Assembly: GCA_965243025.1 (NCBI GenBank)
Contig: CBDETY010000003.1
Location: forward strand, 1 to 64,000
DNA length: 64,000 nt
Origin: Candidatus Latescibacterota bacterium
Lineage (GTDB): Bacteria > Latescibacterota > UBA2968 > UBA8231
Direction: 5' to 3'
In this document: in pieces, positions 38,832 through 48,090 of the stretch
Layout of the letters: each line of letters begins with the position of its first letter
Position numbering within the stretch: position 1 is the stretch's first letter
Made by a program: the position numbers and the translations under genes
Notes under the pieces: model-generated
What the model saw: the letters and a program-made list of their open reading frames with translations, nothing else
Database searches by the model: none
Told to the model about the DNA's origin: nothing

Positions 38832-40022
38832 TCAGACCGCGACCAGGTGCCGGCGGTTGGCGAGGATGTCCTTCACCGCGGCGATCAGGCGGTCCACCTC
38901 GTCGCAGGTGTTGAAGAAGTGGACGCTTGCGCGCAGGTAGCTGACCCCGTGAATCTGCGGGCAGCTGTTCTCGATCTTCTCGTCCCAGAGGCACTGGCTC
39001 AGCTTCATCATGTCGATGCCGTCGATGACGAACGTCGACATGAAACAGGAGGTTTCCGAACCCATCGGCACGGTGAGGCTCAGCCCTTCGATCTCCAGCA
39101 GCCGCTCCTTCAGGTAGCGGCTCAGGCGGTAGCAGTAGGACTGGACCTTGTCCGGCCATCCGATCTCGCGCATGAAGTCGATGGTCGTGCCCAGGGCGGC
39201 GAAATGGGTCTGGTCGCGGGTGCCTGCGAGGTCGTACCTGCGCGCCGTCGGGGCCGGCCGGTCGTCGCCGATGAAAAGCGGGCGCAGCACGTTCTGGAAC
39301 TGCTCGGAGACGTAGATCATGCCCGTCCCCTTGGGGCCGAGAAGCCATTTGTGGCAGCTGCCGATGTAGAAGTCGCTGTCGATGTCGGACAGGTCGATGT
39401 CTATCTGGCCGAGCGAATGGGCGCCGTCGATCGCGGTGATGGCGCCGTGCTCGTGCGCCAGGCTGCAGATCTCGCGGGCGGGAACCATCAGCCCGGTGAA
39501 GTAGTAGACGTGGCAGAAGGTGACGACGCGGGTGCGCTCGTTCATCGCCGCGGCGAAAGCGGCGGCGACCTCTTCCTTGGTTTCGGCGCGGTTCGGCAGC
39601 TCGATGGCGCGGACCGTCAGGCCGTCCCGCCTGGCCACGTACCGCCACAGCGCCTCCATCGCCGGGTACTCGTGGTTGCTCATCAGGATCTCGCCGCCCG
39701 CCTCCAGGCTCAGTCCCTGGGCGACGGTGTTCATCCCCATGGTGGTGTTGAGGACGAGGGCGATCCGGTCCGGCGTCGTTCCGGTGAAGGAGGCCAGCTT
39801 CTCCCGCGTCTCTTCGTTCAGCGGCCCGAGTGTATGGCCCATGTGCGCGCCGACGTCGGTGTTGAGCAGCGCGTTAAGCTCGGCGATGCGGTCGACGACG
39901 ACCCGGGCGCACGGCCCGAAGATGCCGCCGTTCAGGTAGGCGATGTCCGGCTGCAGCAGGAACTGCTCCCGCACCCGGGCCCAGTGGTTGATTTCTTCCC
40001 TGGAAATGCCGTGATCTGCCAT
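38832..40022 (-). CDS. Class V PLP enzyme (isopenicillin N epimerase / C-S lyase-like)
   Basis: YLNGG, NTT, HEY, DGAHSLG, SCHKWLLGPKGTG, GTRD, RASVHFFN. Confidence 0.87.
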   Translation of the reverse strand: MADHGISREEINHWARVREQFLLQPDIAYLNGGIFGPCARVVVDRIAELNALLNTDVGAHMGHTLGPLNEETREKLASFTGTTPDRIALVLNTTMGMNTVAQGLSLEAGGEILMSNHEYPAMEALWRYVARRDGLTVRAIELPNRAETKEEVAAAFAAAMNERTRVVTFCHVYYFTGLMVPAREICSLAHEHGAITAIDGAHSLGQIDIDLSDIDSDFYIGSCHKWLLGPKGTGMIYVSEQFQNVLRPLFIGDDRPAPTARRYDLAGTRDQTHFAALGTTIDFMREIGWPDKVQSYCYRLSRYLKERLLEIEGLSLTVPMGSETSCFMSTFVIDGIDMMKLSQCLWDEKIENSCPQIHGVSYLRASVHFFNTCDEVDRLIAAVKDILANRRHLVAV

Positions 40023-40152
40023 TTTTGGGTCTCCCCCTTGTTGAGGCCGGAAAGGTAACTGCTTGACCGCCTCGGTTGAAGTGTCGAGGCGGGTGGACCT
40101 CGCCGGCGAAGGTATGCCGGATCGCACCCAAGCCCCTGCTTGCGGCGAGACG

Positions 40153-40548
40153 TCACACCCGCGGCATGGGCTCGTACAGGGAGATGTCGTCCATCGGGTA
40201 GTGGCCGCGGTTGCAGGTGACGAGGACCAGACCCCTCACCTGCGCGGTGGCGGCGATGAGGGCATCGGCCCGGCCGAGGGTCACCCCACGGCGGCGGAAG
40301 TCGCGCCAGTACCCGGCCGCGGCCAGGGCGATGCGGCTGTCCGCCGGAATCTGGTCCAGTGTATCGAGGAACCGGCGGGTCGGCTCCTCCTCCTGGAGGC
40401 GGGCGCCCGCCCAGACCTCGAACGCGGACAGCGCCGAGCAACCCAGGGGCTGCTCGTCCTCGATGGTCCGCAGCAGGGCTTCGGTGGGCTCGTGGCCCCG
40501 CAGGTGCCAGATGATGACGTCGGTGTCGAGAAGGTAGCGAAGCGCCAT
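40153..40548 (-). CDS. vapC: VapC PIN-domain toxin
   Basis: LLDTDVII, E, DALIAATA, LVTCN..HY. Confidence 0.92.
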   Translation of the reverse strand: MALRYLLDTDVIIWHLRGHEPTEALLRTIEDEQPLGCSALSAFEVWAGARLQEEEPTRRFLDTLDQIPADSRIALAAAGYWRDFRRRGVTLGRADALIAATAQVRGLVLVTCNRGHYPMDDISLYEPMPRV

Positions 40549-40824
40549 TCAACCCGACTCCGGCGTTCCGGGTCTACGCCAGCCCTCGTCGTCCCGAAGG
40601 GAATCGATGTGATCCCACACGTCCGCGTGGGTCCGCAGGTGAGGGTAATCGTCGTCGCGCCAGGCCCCGAAGGTCCGTTCCCTTTCGGTTCGGAAGGCCA
40701 GTTGCATCAGGCGGTTCTCGATGGCCTCGGCGATGAACTCGCTTCGTTTCCGCTCAGGAACGCTGGCGCGCAGCTTGGCCGCGGTCTCCTCCGGAAGGAC
40801 GATGGTGGTGCGTACTTTGGTCAT
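40549..40824 (-). CDS. Antitoxin (RHH/VapB-like)
   Basis: RTTIVLPE...RSEFIAEAIE...FGAW; abuts vapC. Confidence 0.85.
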   Translation of the reverse strand: MTKVRTTIVLPEETAAKLRASVPERKRSEFIAEAIENRLMQLAFRTERERTFGAWRDDDYPHLRTHADVWDHIDSLRDDEGWRRPGTPESG

Positions 40825-40837
40825 TTTATGTGGCCTG

Positions 40838-40888
40838 TTTGTATGATATATGAGGTTGAATTTGTATGACTTGTTATATGCATAAACA
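40838..40888. promoter_or_regulatory. Putative TA promoter/operator
   Basis: AT-rich patch with tttgtatga twice (40838, 40861) and the palindrome tatgcata (40877-40884), just upstream of the antitoxin. Confidence 0.5.
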
Positions 40889-41085
40889 TGCAGCGGAAGC
40901 TTGAGGAGTCAAGCCGGCCTCGCTGACGGGGGAGCAGCGGCATGGTTCGCAAGGATGCCTTCCGTGGGCTGCGGCCGCGCTTGAAGGACCGGACAAGCTC
41001 TGCTGGTCCGCTGCGAAAAAACGCGTCTGCCCGGCCGAGGGTCACCCCCCCGGCGAAGGATGGACGCTTCGGCTGGCGGTCCCGC

Positions 41086-42096
41086 TCAGGGGCGGAAGAG
41101 GTTGACGCTGAAGCGCCGCCTGGAGTCGAACCACTGGCGCTCGAGGATCATCCCCGCTGCGGCTGCGAGCGCCTCGATCTCCGCCGTTGAATACTTGTAG
41201 GAGTTCTCGGTGTGGATGGTCTCGCCGTCGGCGAACCCGATTTCGAGGTCCAGCCCCTCTATGGCGACGGTCTGGGCCCCGGCGCTCTCGAGGTGCATCT
41301 CGACGCGCCCGGGCTGCGCGTCCCAGACTGCGCGGTGGCGGAACCGCTCGAGGTCGAACCGCCCCCCGAGGTCGCGGTTGATGCGCTCCAGGATGTTCCT
41401 GTTGAAGCGTGCCGTCACCCCCTCGCGGTCGTCGTAGGCGGCTTCGAGCACGGCCCCGTCCTTGCGCAGGTCGATCCCGGCGAGAAAGCGGTCTCCCGGG
41501 GACATGGCGGCGCGCACCCCGGCGATGAAGTCGGCGGCTTCCGCCCGCTCGAAGTTGCCGACGTTCGAACCCAGCCACAGGATCAGCCGCGGTTCCCCGG
41601 GGTGCTGCCGGAGGAATTCCAGCCCGTCCCCGTACTCCCCGGCGACGGCGAGAATTTCCAGGTTCTCGAACTCCCCGGTCAGCGCGGCCGAGCTTTCCTC
41701 CAGGGCGGACCGCGAGATGTCGACGGGAATGAAACGCAGGCTTCCCTGGCGCTCGATCAGGGCCCTGATCAGCAGCCGCGTCTTGACCGCCGAGCCGCTG
41801 CCGAGCTCGACGAGAGTGACGCCGCCGGCGAAAAGGGCGGCGATCTCAGCGGCCCGCTCCGCCAGGATGGCGTGCTCCGCCCGGGTCAGGTAGTACTCGG
41901 GGAGGCGGCAGATCTCCTCGAACAGCTTCGAGCCGGCCTCGTCGTAGAAGTAGCGGCAGGACAGCCGCTTCGGTGAGGCGGTCAGGCCGGCCCTGACGTC
42001 GCCGGCGAAATCGTCGGAGTGGACGCGGCCGTCCGCGGCCAGAAGAATGACCGGACCGGCGGCGGTGGAGGCGGGCTGGACGGCAAAGCGTGCGAT
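41086..42096 (-). CDS. egtD: L-histidine N-alpha-methyltransferase EgtD (start uncertain)
   Basis: YFYDEAGSKLFEEICRLPEYYLTRAE, ELGSGSAVKT, GSNVGN, AYDDREGVTARFN, IHTENSYKY. Confidence 0.88.
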   Translation of the reverse strand: MARFAVQPASTAAGPVILLAADGRVHSDDFAGDVRAGLTASPKRLSCRYFYDEAGSKLFEEICRLPEYYLTRAEHAILAERAAEIAALFAGGVTLVELGSGSAVKTRLLIRALIERQGSLRFIPVDISRSALEESSAALTGEFENLEILAVAGEYGDGLEFLRQHPGEPRLILWLGSNVGNFERAEAADFIAGVRAAMSPGDRFLAGIDLRKDGAVLEAAYDDREGVTARFNRNILERINRDLGGRFDLERFRHRAVWDAQPGRVEMHLESAGAQTVAIEGLDLEIGFADGETIHTENSYKYSTAEIEALAAAAGMILERQWFDSRRRFSVNLFRP

Positions 42097-42112
42097 CGCT
42101 CGGGCTCCCGGG

Positions 42113-43633
42113 TTACTCCACCGGCTCGAGCCGCAGGCCTTTCGGCACCAGCACCCGCTCGGAAAGCTCGAACAGCCCCTGCACCGCCAGGGCGAGGAGC
42201 GCCGCGGGAATCGCACCCTCCATGATCAGCCGGTTGTCGGCGAGCCGCAGGCCGGTCATGATCGGCTGCCCGTAGCCGCCGGCGCCGATGAAGGCCCCGA
42301 TGGTGGCGAAGCCGACGTTGATGACCGCCGAGGTCTTGATGCCGGCCAGGATCGAGCGCGAAGCGAGGGGGAGCTCGATGCGCCGCAGCCGCACCCGCGG
42401 CGGCAGGCCGAGGGCGGCGGCCGACTCCATAAGCGGCCCCGGTATGTCGCGGAGGCCGGTGCAGGTGTTGCGCACGATCGGCAGCAGGCTGTAGAGGAAG
42501 AGGGCGGCGATGGCCGGGGGTTCGCCGATGCCGAACGGCTGGATCATGAACACCAGCAGGGCGAGGGCCGGCAGCGTCTGGATGACCCCCGTCATCCCGA
42601 GGATGACCTGCCCGAGCCGCGCCCACTTTGCCGCGAGGATCCCCAGCGGCAGGGAGACGGCGATGGCCGCGGCCAGCGAGATCCCGGTCAGGGCGAGGTG
42701 CTCACGCGTGCGCCGCAGCAGGCGGTCCCACAAGGTGGTCTCGACGACCTCGCTTTCGACCTTCAGGGCCCCGGCGAGGAAGTCGGCGGCGACCTGCGCC
42801 TCGGGCACGAGGTCGAGCTTGGCGCGGCCGTTCAGACCCGACATGGTCCTGTCGTCGATGAGCCCCTCGAGCCGGAGGATCGACTGCACCGCCTCCGGGG
42901 CCCTGGCGGCGATGTCGGAGCGGTAGAGGACGACGGCGTTGTAGGCCGGGAAGTGGCCCAGGTCGTCGGCCAGCGTCCGCAGGTTGTAGAACTCGATCTC
43001 GGCATCGGTCGAGTACAGGTCGGTGACGTCGATGTCCCCGGACTCGAGCCCGCGGTAGGCGAGGTCGTGCTGCAGCCCCTGCACGTCGCGGTGCGGCAGG
43101 CCGTAGCGGTCGCGCAGGCTGGGCCAGCCGTCGCCGCGGTCGAGGAACTCGTTGCTGAAGCCGAAGCGCAGGCCGGGCTGCTTCTTCAGGTCGGATATGG
43201 TCCGCATCCCGAGGCTGTCGGCGAGCGCCTCCGGCATCCCCATGGCGTAGGTGTTGTTGAAGCCGATCGGGCGGCTCATCGACAGGCCGTGCTCGGCGAG
43301 GGCGGCGGGGATCGCCTCCTCGCCGCCGAGGTTGCGGCCGGACAGGATCTCCTGGCTGATCGTCCCCGTGTACTCGGGGTAGGCGTCGAGGTCGCCGCGC
43401 AGCAGGGCCTCCCACAGGACCCGGGTGCCGCCAAGCTCGCGCTGATGGTCGACCTCGGCCCCGGAAGCCGCGGCGAGCTGCGCCGCCATCTCGCCGAGAA
43501 TGACGTTCTCGGTGAACGCCTTGGAGCCGACGCGGATCTGCGGAGCCTCGGCGCCGTCTCCCGGACCCGCGGTCCCCGCCAGGAGCAGGGAGGCAACTGC
43601 GGCCATGGCGGCGTTCTGGCCGAAAGGGCTCAT
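42113..43633 (-). CDS. Fused OpuAC-type substrate-binding plus permease (betaine/ergothioneine-type ABC)
   Basis: VGSKAFTE, YPEYTGT, GFNNTYA, YSTD, FPAY, then permease QTLPALAL, YSLLPIVRNT, IGAGGYG. Confidence 0.9.
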   Translation of the reverse strand: MSPFGQNAAMAAVASLLLAGTAGPGDGAEAPQIRVGSKAFTENVILGEMAAQLAAASGAEVDHQRELGGTRVLWEALLRGDLDAYPEYTGTISQEILSGRNLGGEEAIPAALAEHGLSMSRPIGFNNTYAMGMPEALADSLGMRTISDLKKQPGLRFGFSNEFLDRGDGWPSLRDRYGLPHRDVQGLQHDLAYRGLESGDIDVTDLYSTDAEIEFYNLRTLADDLGHFPAYNAVVLYRSDIAARAPEAVQSILRLEGLIDDRTMSGLNGRAKLDLVPEAQVAADFLAGALKVESEVVETTLWDRLLRRTREHLALTGISLAAAIAVSLPLGILAAKWARLGQVILGMTGVIQTLPALALLVFMIQPFGIGEPPAIAALFLYSLLPIVRNTCTGLRDIPGPLMESAAALGLPPRVRLRRIELPLASRSILAGIKTSAVINVGFATIGAFIGAGGYGQPIMTGLRLADNRLIMEGAIPAALLALAVQGLFELSERVLVPKGLRLEPVE

Positions 43634-44379
43634 GACTCCCCTCCGAGAACCTCCAGCGGCGTCCGCTGCGCGTTGATGAACCGGGACACGAACGGATCGG
43701 CCGGCGATTCGACCAGGTCCTGCAGCGACCCCTGCTGCACGATCTCCCCCTCCCGCAGGAGCACGAGACGGTCGCCGAGGAATCCGGCCTCGCCGATGTC
43801 GTGGGTGACGGCGACCACGGTTTTGCGCAGGGCCCTGAAGATGTCGCGCAGGTCTCCCTGCAGCTCGGAGCGGACAATGGGATCGAGGGCGCCCAGCGGC
43901 TCGTCGAGGAGCAGCACTTCCGGATCGAGCATCAGCGCCCGCATCAGGCTGACCCGCTGCTTCTGGCCGCCGGAAAGCTGCGCCGGGAAGCGGTCGAGCC
44001 CGTCGAAGGGAAAGCGGGTCAGCTCGGCCAGCTCGCCCAGGCGTGCCTCGACGCGGCCCTCGTCCCAGCCGAGGTGGCGCGCCAGCAGGGCGGCGTTGTC
44101 GCGCGCGCTCAGGTGCGGGAACAGGCCCCCGTCCTGGATCACGTACCCCATGTGGCGGCGCAGCTCGAGCACATCGGCGTCTTCGACCGCCCTGCCGTCG
44201 AAGGAGACGGTCCCCGTGTCCGGGGGGATCAGGCAGATCATCAGGCGCAGCAGCGTCGACTTGCCGCAGCCGCTCGGGCCGATCAGCACCGTGGTGACCC
44301 CGGCCTCGACGGTCAGGTCGGTCGGGCGCAGGGCGAGGGTGGCGCCGAACGACTTCGAGACGCCGGTCAGCTGCAGCAT
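43630..44379 (-). CDS. Osmoprotectant-type ABC ATP-binding protein
   Basis: GPSGCGKST, GYVIQDGGLFPH, LSGGQ, LLDEP. ATGA overlap. Confidence 0.92.
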   Translation of the reverse strand: MLQLTGVSKSFGATLALRPTDLTVEAGVTTVLIGPSGCGKSTLLRLMICLIPPDTGTVSFDGRAVEDADVLELRRHMGYVIQDGGLFPHLSARDNAALLARHLGWDEGRVEARLGELAELTRFPFDGLDRFPAQLSGGQKQRVSLMRALMLDPEVLLLDEPLGALDPIVRSELQGDLRDIFRALRKTVVAVTHDIGEAGFLGDRLVLLREGEIVQQGSLQDLVESPADPFVSRFINAQRTPLEVLGGES

Positions 44380-44626
44380 GCTTTTCTGTCCGCTTTCAAC
44401 TGGAAATCAGACGGGGCCGGGGCCTGATCCTGCCGTCGCTGATCACGGGCTGGGTCGGAGGTTTGATTTTGTTTCGGGAAAGGGACACGTCCCGCACGGG
44501 CCGGATGGGGCGGCGGGAACGCGAACCGGAGGCTCCTGCCGGGGGGCGCCTAGAATAGCCACGGCCCCGGGGACCGGCAACTTTCGGCGCGGTCCCAGGC
44601 GGGAGTTCCGCGGCCTGGCCGGAAAA

Positions 44627-44804
44627 AGCCGGGTGCGGGGAAGGACCGTCGGCCGGGCTGCTCGGTACAGGACAGGAACCCGCTCCCGGGGCAATAACCG
44701 GGGACCGTGAAAGCCTGCCTCGCCAGCGGCCCGCAACTTGCTGCTGTGGGAGTCACAGAATGCCGCCGCAACAGCCGGGTGCGGGGCAGGACCGCTGTCC
44801 GGGC
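44627..44804. repeat. Imperfect 32-bp direct repeat pair
   Basis: 44627-44658 versus 44773-44804, 28/32 identical. Confidence 0.75.
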
Positions 44805-44859
44805 GAAACCGGTGCGCGGGAAACAACCGCCCCGTCAGCCGCCGCCCTGTTGAAAACGG

Positions 44860-45633
44860 TCAGAGCAGCCGGCGCAGCCGGACCATGCGCAGCACCCAGA
44901 AGGCCCCCAGGGCCGCGAACAGGTGCTTCAGGGTATGGCCGCTGACGAAACCCACCGCTTCGTACACCGCCAGATCCAACAGCTCGGCCGCTTTCGCCAG
45001 CACGTAGAACAGGGCCGCCAGGTAGAAGTCGGACCCGCGCGTGTACGGCGACGGCAGCAGGCGGACCATGAGGGGTACGAACAGGAGCGGGTAGCCCTGG
45101 GCGACGATGTAGTAGCGCAGGTCTCCGGCTCCGGCGCGCTCGGTGAAATACCAGTAGAGAACGCTGAAGATGCCGAAGGCGATCAGCGGCAGCAGGGAGA
45201 CGATGCCGGCGCGCCGGTCGAGGCGCTCGGCGAGGACCGCGGAGAGAAAGGCCATGAAGGCGATGCTGATCGGCAGGCGGTCCCAAAGCAGGGTTTCGTT
45301 GGAGGGGTCGAGGTGATACCAGGAGGAGCCCAGGCCCACCAAGGCCACCGAGAGAAAGAGGACCTGGTACGCCAGCGAGTCGGCGGGGCGCAGGAACGCC
45401 TGCTGCTGCGGGTCTCCGGAAAGGCGGAACACCGCGCCGAATCCCCACAGACCCACCAGCAGGAAGGGGAGGTTGGAGATGACGTTGAGGCAGTGCGGGA
45501 TTCCGAGCAGGGTGCGCTGGTCTGCGAACCCGTGGTAGGCGGGGTCCTGCGGGATCGGCGCCTGCAGGAAGACCGCGGCCCAGAAGGCGACCGTCAGGCA
45601 GGCGAGCAGCCGCAGGCGGTGGTCGCGCTTCAT
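44860..45633 (-). CDS. Alkaline ceramidase-like (CREST) membrane protein
   Basis: QDPAYHGFAD, NVISNLPF, GSSWYH, WDRLP, SGHTLKHL. Confidence 0.85.
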   Translation of the reverse strand: MKRDHRLRLLACLTVAFWAAVFLQAPIPQDPAYHGFADQRTLLGIPHCLNVISNLPFLLVGLWGFGAVFRLSGDPQQQAFLRPADSLAYQVLFLSVALVGLGSSWYHLDPSNETLLWDRLPISIAFMAFLSAVLAERLDRRAGIVSLLPLIAFGIFSVLYWYFTERAGAGDLRYYIVAQGYPLLFVPLMVRLLPSPYTRGSDFYLAALFYVLAKAAELLDLAVYEAVGFVSGHTLKHLFAALGAFWVLRMVRLRRLL

Positions 45634-45645
45634 CTGGCGGCGCGG

Positions 45646-46074
45646 TCAGCCGGAGGATGAGGGGGAGTCGGAGCCCTGCCGCGCCCCGTAGGGGACCTCG
45701 CAGGCCTCCTCGGCGCACTCGACCCGGCCGAACCGGTGGCGGTTGCGGGCGACGAGGCCGTACCCCGCGCGGAACAGCTGCCTGATTACCGGCAGGCGGT
45801 AGACCCAGGTGAGCAGGTGCCAGGGCGGGAGCCGGCGGTAGATCTCGTACACCGCGTCCGCCCCGACGTCGACCCGGCCGCCGTCGTGGATCAGGCGCAG
45901 CCCGGTGTTGAAGTCGGAACTCGCGAGGACGGGAAACCGCTCCTCGATGCCGGCGGTCTGGCGCGGCAGGTACTCGAAGCGGCCGTTGCGGTCGAAGCGG
46001 CGGATGCGGCCCAGGCTCCAGAGGCAGAACCGGCATTCGCCGTCGTACACGATTGCGGGGCGGGGGTCGCTCAT
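45646..46074 (-). CDS. DUF393/DCC thiol-disulfide oxidoreductase-like protein
   Basis: YDGECRFC motif, YGLVARNRH. Confidence 0.85.
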   Translation of the reverse strand: MSDPRPAIVYDGECRFCLWSLGRIRRFDRNGRFEYLPRQTAGIEERFPVLASSDFNTGLRLIHDGGRVDVGADAVYEIYRRLPPWHLLTWVYRLPVIRQLFRAGYGLVARNRHRFGRVECAEEACEVPYGARQGSDSPSSSG

Positions 46075-46300
46075 GCCTTCAAGATAGCGAGCCTGAAATC
46101 CGGCGCAAACCGCCCGGCGCACCGGGGCGTCGCTCCATCTCACACTGCCGCAACGGGTTGAGCTGTCCCGATTCATTGTCTGGAACTGCGGTCAGGCGAA
46201 AGCGGGGCAGGCGTCCGCGTCCTGTTGTTGAACCACTGCCGGGCAGTCGCCGGATTGCCCATTGCCCTGAAGGTTTCGCCTGTCGCCGGCCGCGGCCTCT

Positions 46301-47758
46301 TCAGCCAGGGGGCGCCGTGAACCGCAGGCTGTACAGGTCGGCGTCGCTGAGTGCGAAACGCAGGCGCACCGGTATGCCGGCCAGGGCGCTGACGTCGGCG
46401 GCGCCCTTCCAGGTGACCGTGCGCTCCAGGAAGTCGCCGTAGATCTCGTCGCAGTCGCGCAGGGCGTACTCCTTCAGCGCCCTGCCGCCGCCGTCCTGGA
46501 TCTCGACGCGGACCGAGCCGGCCGCGGAGGTGGCCGCGTTCAGGCTCAGGGCGGCGCCTGCGAAAGTGAAGGGCCGCGTGATCAGCTCGCCCCCCTTCAG
46601 CGGGGCGTTGGCGGACACGAACCCGTCCAGGCGCAGGGTGAAGCGCCGCAGCCGGCAGGCGTCGCCGCGGTAGTAGCCCTCGGTGGTGAAGATCGACAGC
46701 TCCCTGGGCGCCGTCGGCAGGTCGCTGGCCGTCTCCAGGATGCCCCAGGCCGTCATGTTGTTGCGGTTCTCCCAGCGCTCCGGCTGCAGCCCGGGCCGCA
46801 CGAAAGCCTCGCTCCAGCGCTTGAAGCGCAGGCCGTCGCGGCTGGTCATGTACACGGCGTCGGAGACGCCGCGGGCGGTGTTGCCGGGCAGACCGCGGTC
46901 AGGCACGAAGCGCTTGGGGAAGCCCATGCAGATGTGCGGGGCCCGGTGGTAGGGGGTCACGGCATTCGTGTAGAGGTGCTCGACAGGGGCGTCGCCGAAG
47001 TCGAGCCACCGCGGTTTCGTCCAGCGGCGGAAGTCCTTCGAGGTGCAGGTCATGATGTTGCGCACGCGCACGCCGTCCGGGTAGATGGAGTCGCGGTGGT
47101 AGTCGACGTAGCAGCCGCGCAGAGGGTCGTAGAAGGCGAGGTTCAGCGAGTCGAAGGCGCCCACGGTGATCACCGGCTTCTCCGACAGCAGGCTCCAGTG
47201 CACGCCGTCCGGCGACTTGAAGGCGTACAGGGCCTGCTCGCCGGCGGTGCGGGCGCGGGCGCTGCCCAGGGCCTTGTAATCCTCGCCTTCCCGGCAGTCG
47301 GGGTTGCGGTCGCGGAAGGGCGCGAAGTTGTGCGCCCCGATGCCGTCCCAGACGATGTTGTTGCGCGTCGTACCCTGGAAGTTGACCAGACCCAGCTCCG
47401 GCCGGTGCCACTCGATGCCGTCGCGGCTTTCGGCGCAGCACACGACCGGCCGGTAGTGGTTGCCTGAGGGGTCGTAGTGGGAGCCGCGGTAGTAGGCGCG
47501 GAACAGCCTGCCGTCCCGGAACACCGTGTGGTAGGCGCTGGTGTTGCCCTCCCAGGGCACGTCGTGGTCGATCGCCACGTTCCGCGGCACCGGTTTGTTC
47601 AGGCGGAGCTCGACGCCGGACAGCCGCTCGATCAGGTAGTCGTCGACGAACAGCTCGCGCCTGTCCCCCAGCTCGATGACGCCGGCCGGGGCGGTCTTCA
47701 CCCGGGCCCTTCCGGCCGTTCTCTTCGTTGTTGCCTTCTCTGCCTTCCTCCTGGCCAT
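46301..47758 (-). CDS. Hypothetical beta-propeller glycosidase-like protein
   Basis: RELFVDDYLIE, PWEG, Asp-box-like repeats SRDGIEW, SPDGVHW, SKDFRRW, SRDGLRF; LRLDGFVS. Confidence 0.75.
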   Translation of the reverse strand: MARRKAEKATTKRTAGRARVKTAPAGVIELGDRRELFVDDYLIERLSGVELRLNKPVPRNVAIDHDVPWEGNTSAYHTVFRDGRLFRAYYRGSHYDPSGNHYRPVVCCAESRDGIEWHRPELGLVNFQGTTRNNIVWDGIGAHNFAPFRDRNPDCREGEDYKALGSARARTAGEQALYAFKSPDGVHWSLLSEKPVITVGAFDSLNLAFYDPLRGCYVDYHRDSIYPDGVRVRNIMTCTSKDFRRWTKPRWLDFGDAPVEHLYTNAVTPYHRAPHICMGFPKRFVPDRGLPGNTARGVSDAVYMTSRDGLRFKRWSEAFVRPGLQPERWENRNNMTAWGILETASDLPTAPRELSIFTTEGYYRGDACRLRRFTLRLDGFVSANAPLKGGELITRPFTFAGAALSLNAATSAAGSVRVEIQDGGGRALKEYALRDCDEIYGDFLERTVTWKGAADVSALAGIPVRLRFALSDADLYSLRFTAPPG

Positions 47759-48090
47759 CTCAGGTTTTCCTCTGGATTTTGATTCCACCCCGCCGGGCAA
47801 TTGTTCCGGCGGCATCTCCGCCGCCAAACGATAGCCGAATGACTCTGCGGGAAACAGGCGGCCGCAGCGCAGGACTGCTGACAGGTTCGCTGGTGGTCTT
47901 GATTGTATCCGTGGTCAGTTGTAGATGGGTACCCGCCCTTACCACTGAGCTGTAGCGTTTCGGACAGCCACGCTTCAGTGCCGCTCTGCCTCACAAAGGC
48001 GACGAGGAAAAGCAGAACCGATGACCATCACGTCACCCGAATTCAGTTACCCCAGTGCCCGGTCGGAGCCGCCGGAGTGAAAGCATACAG

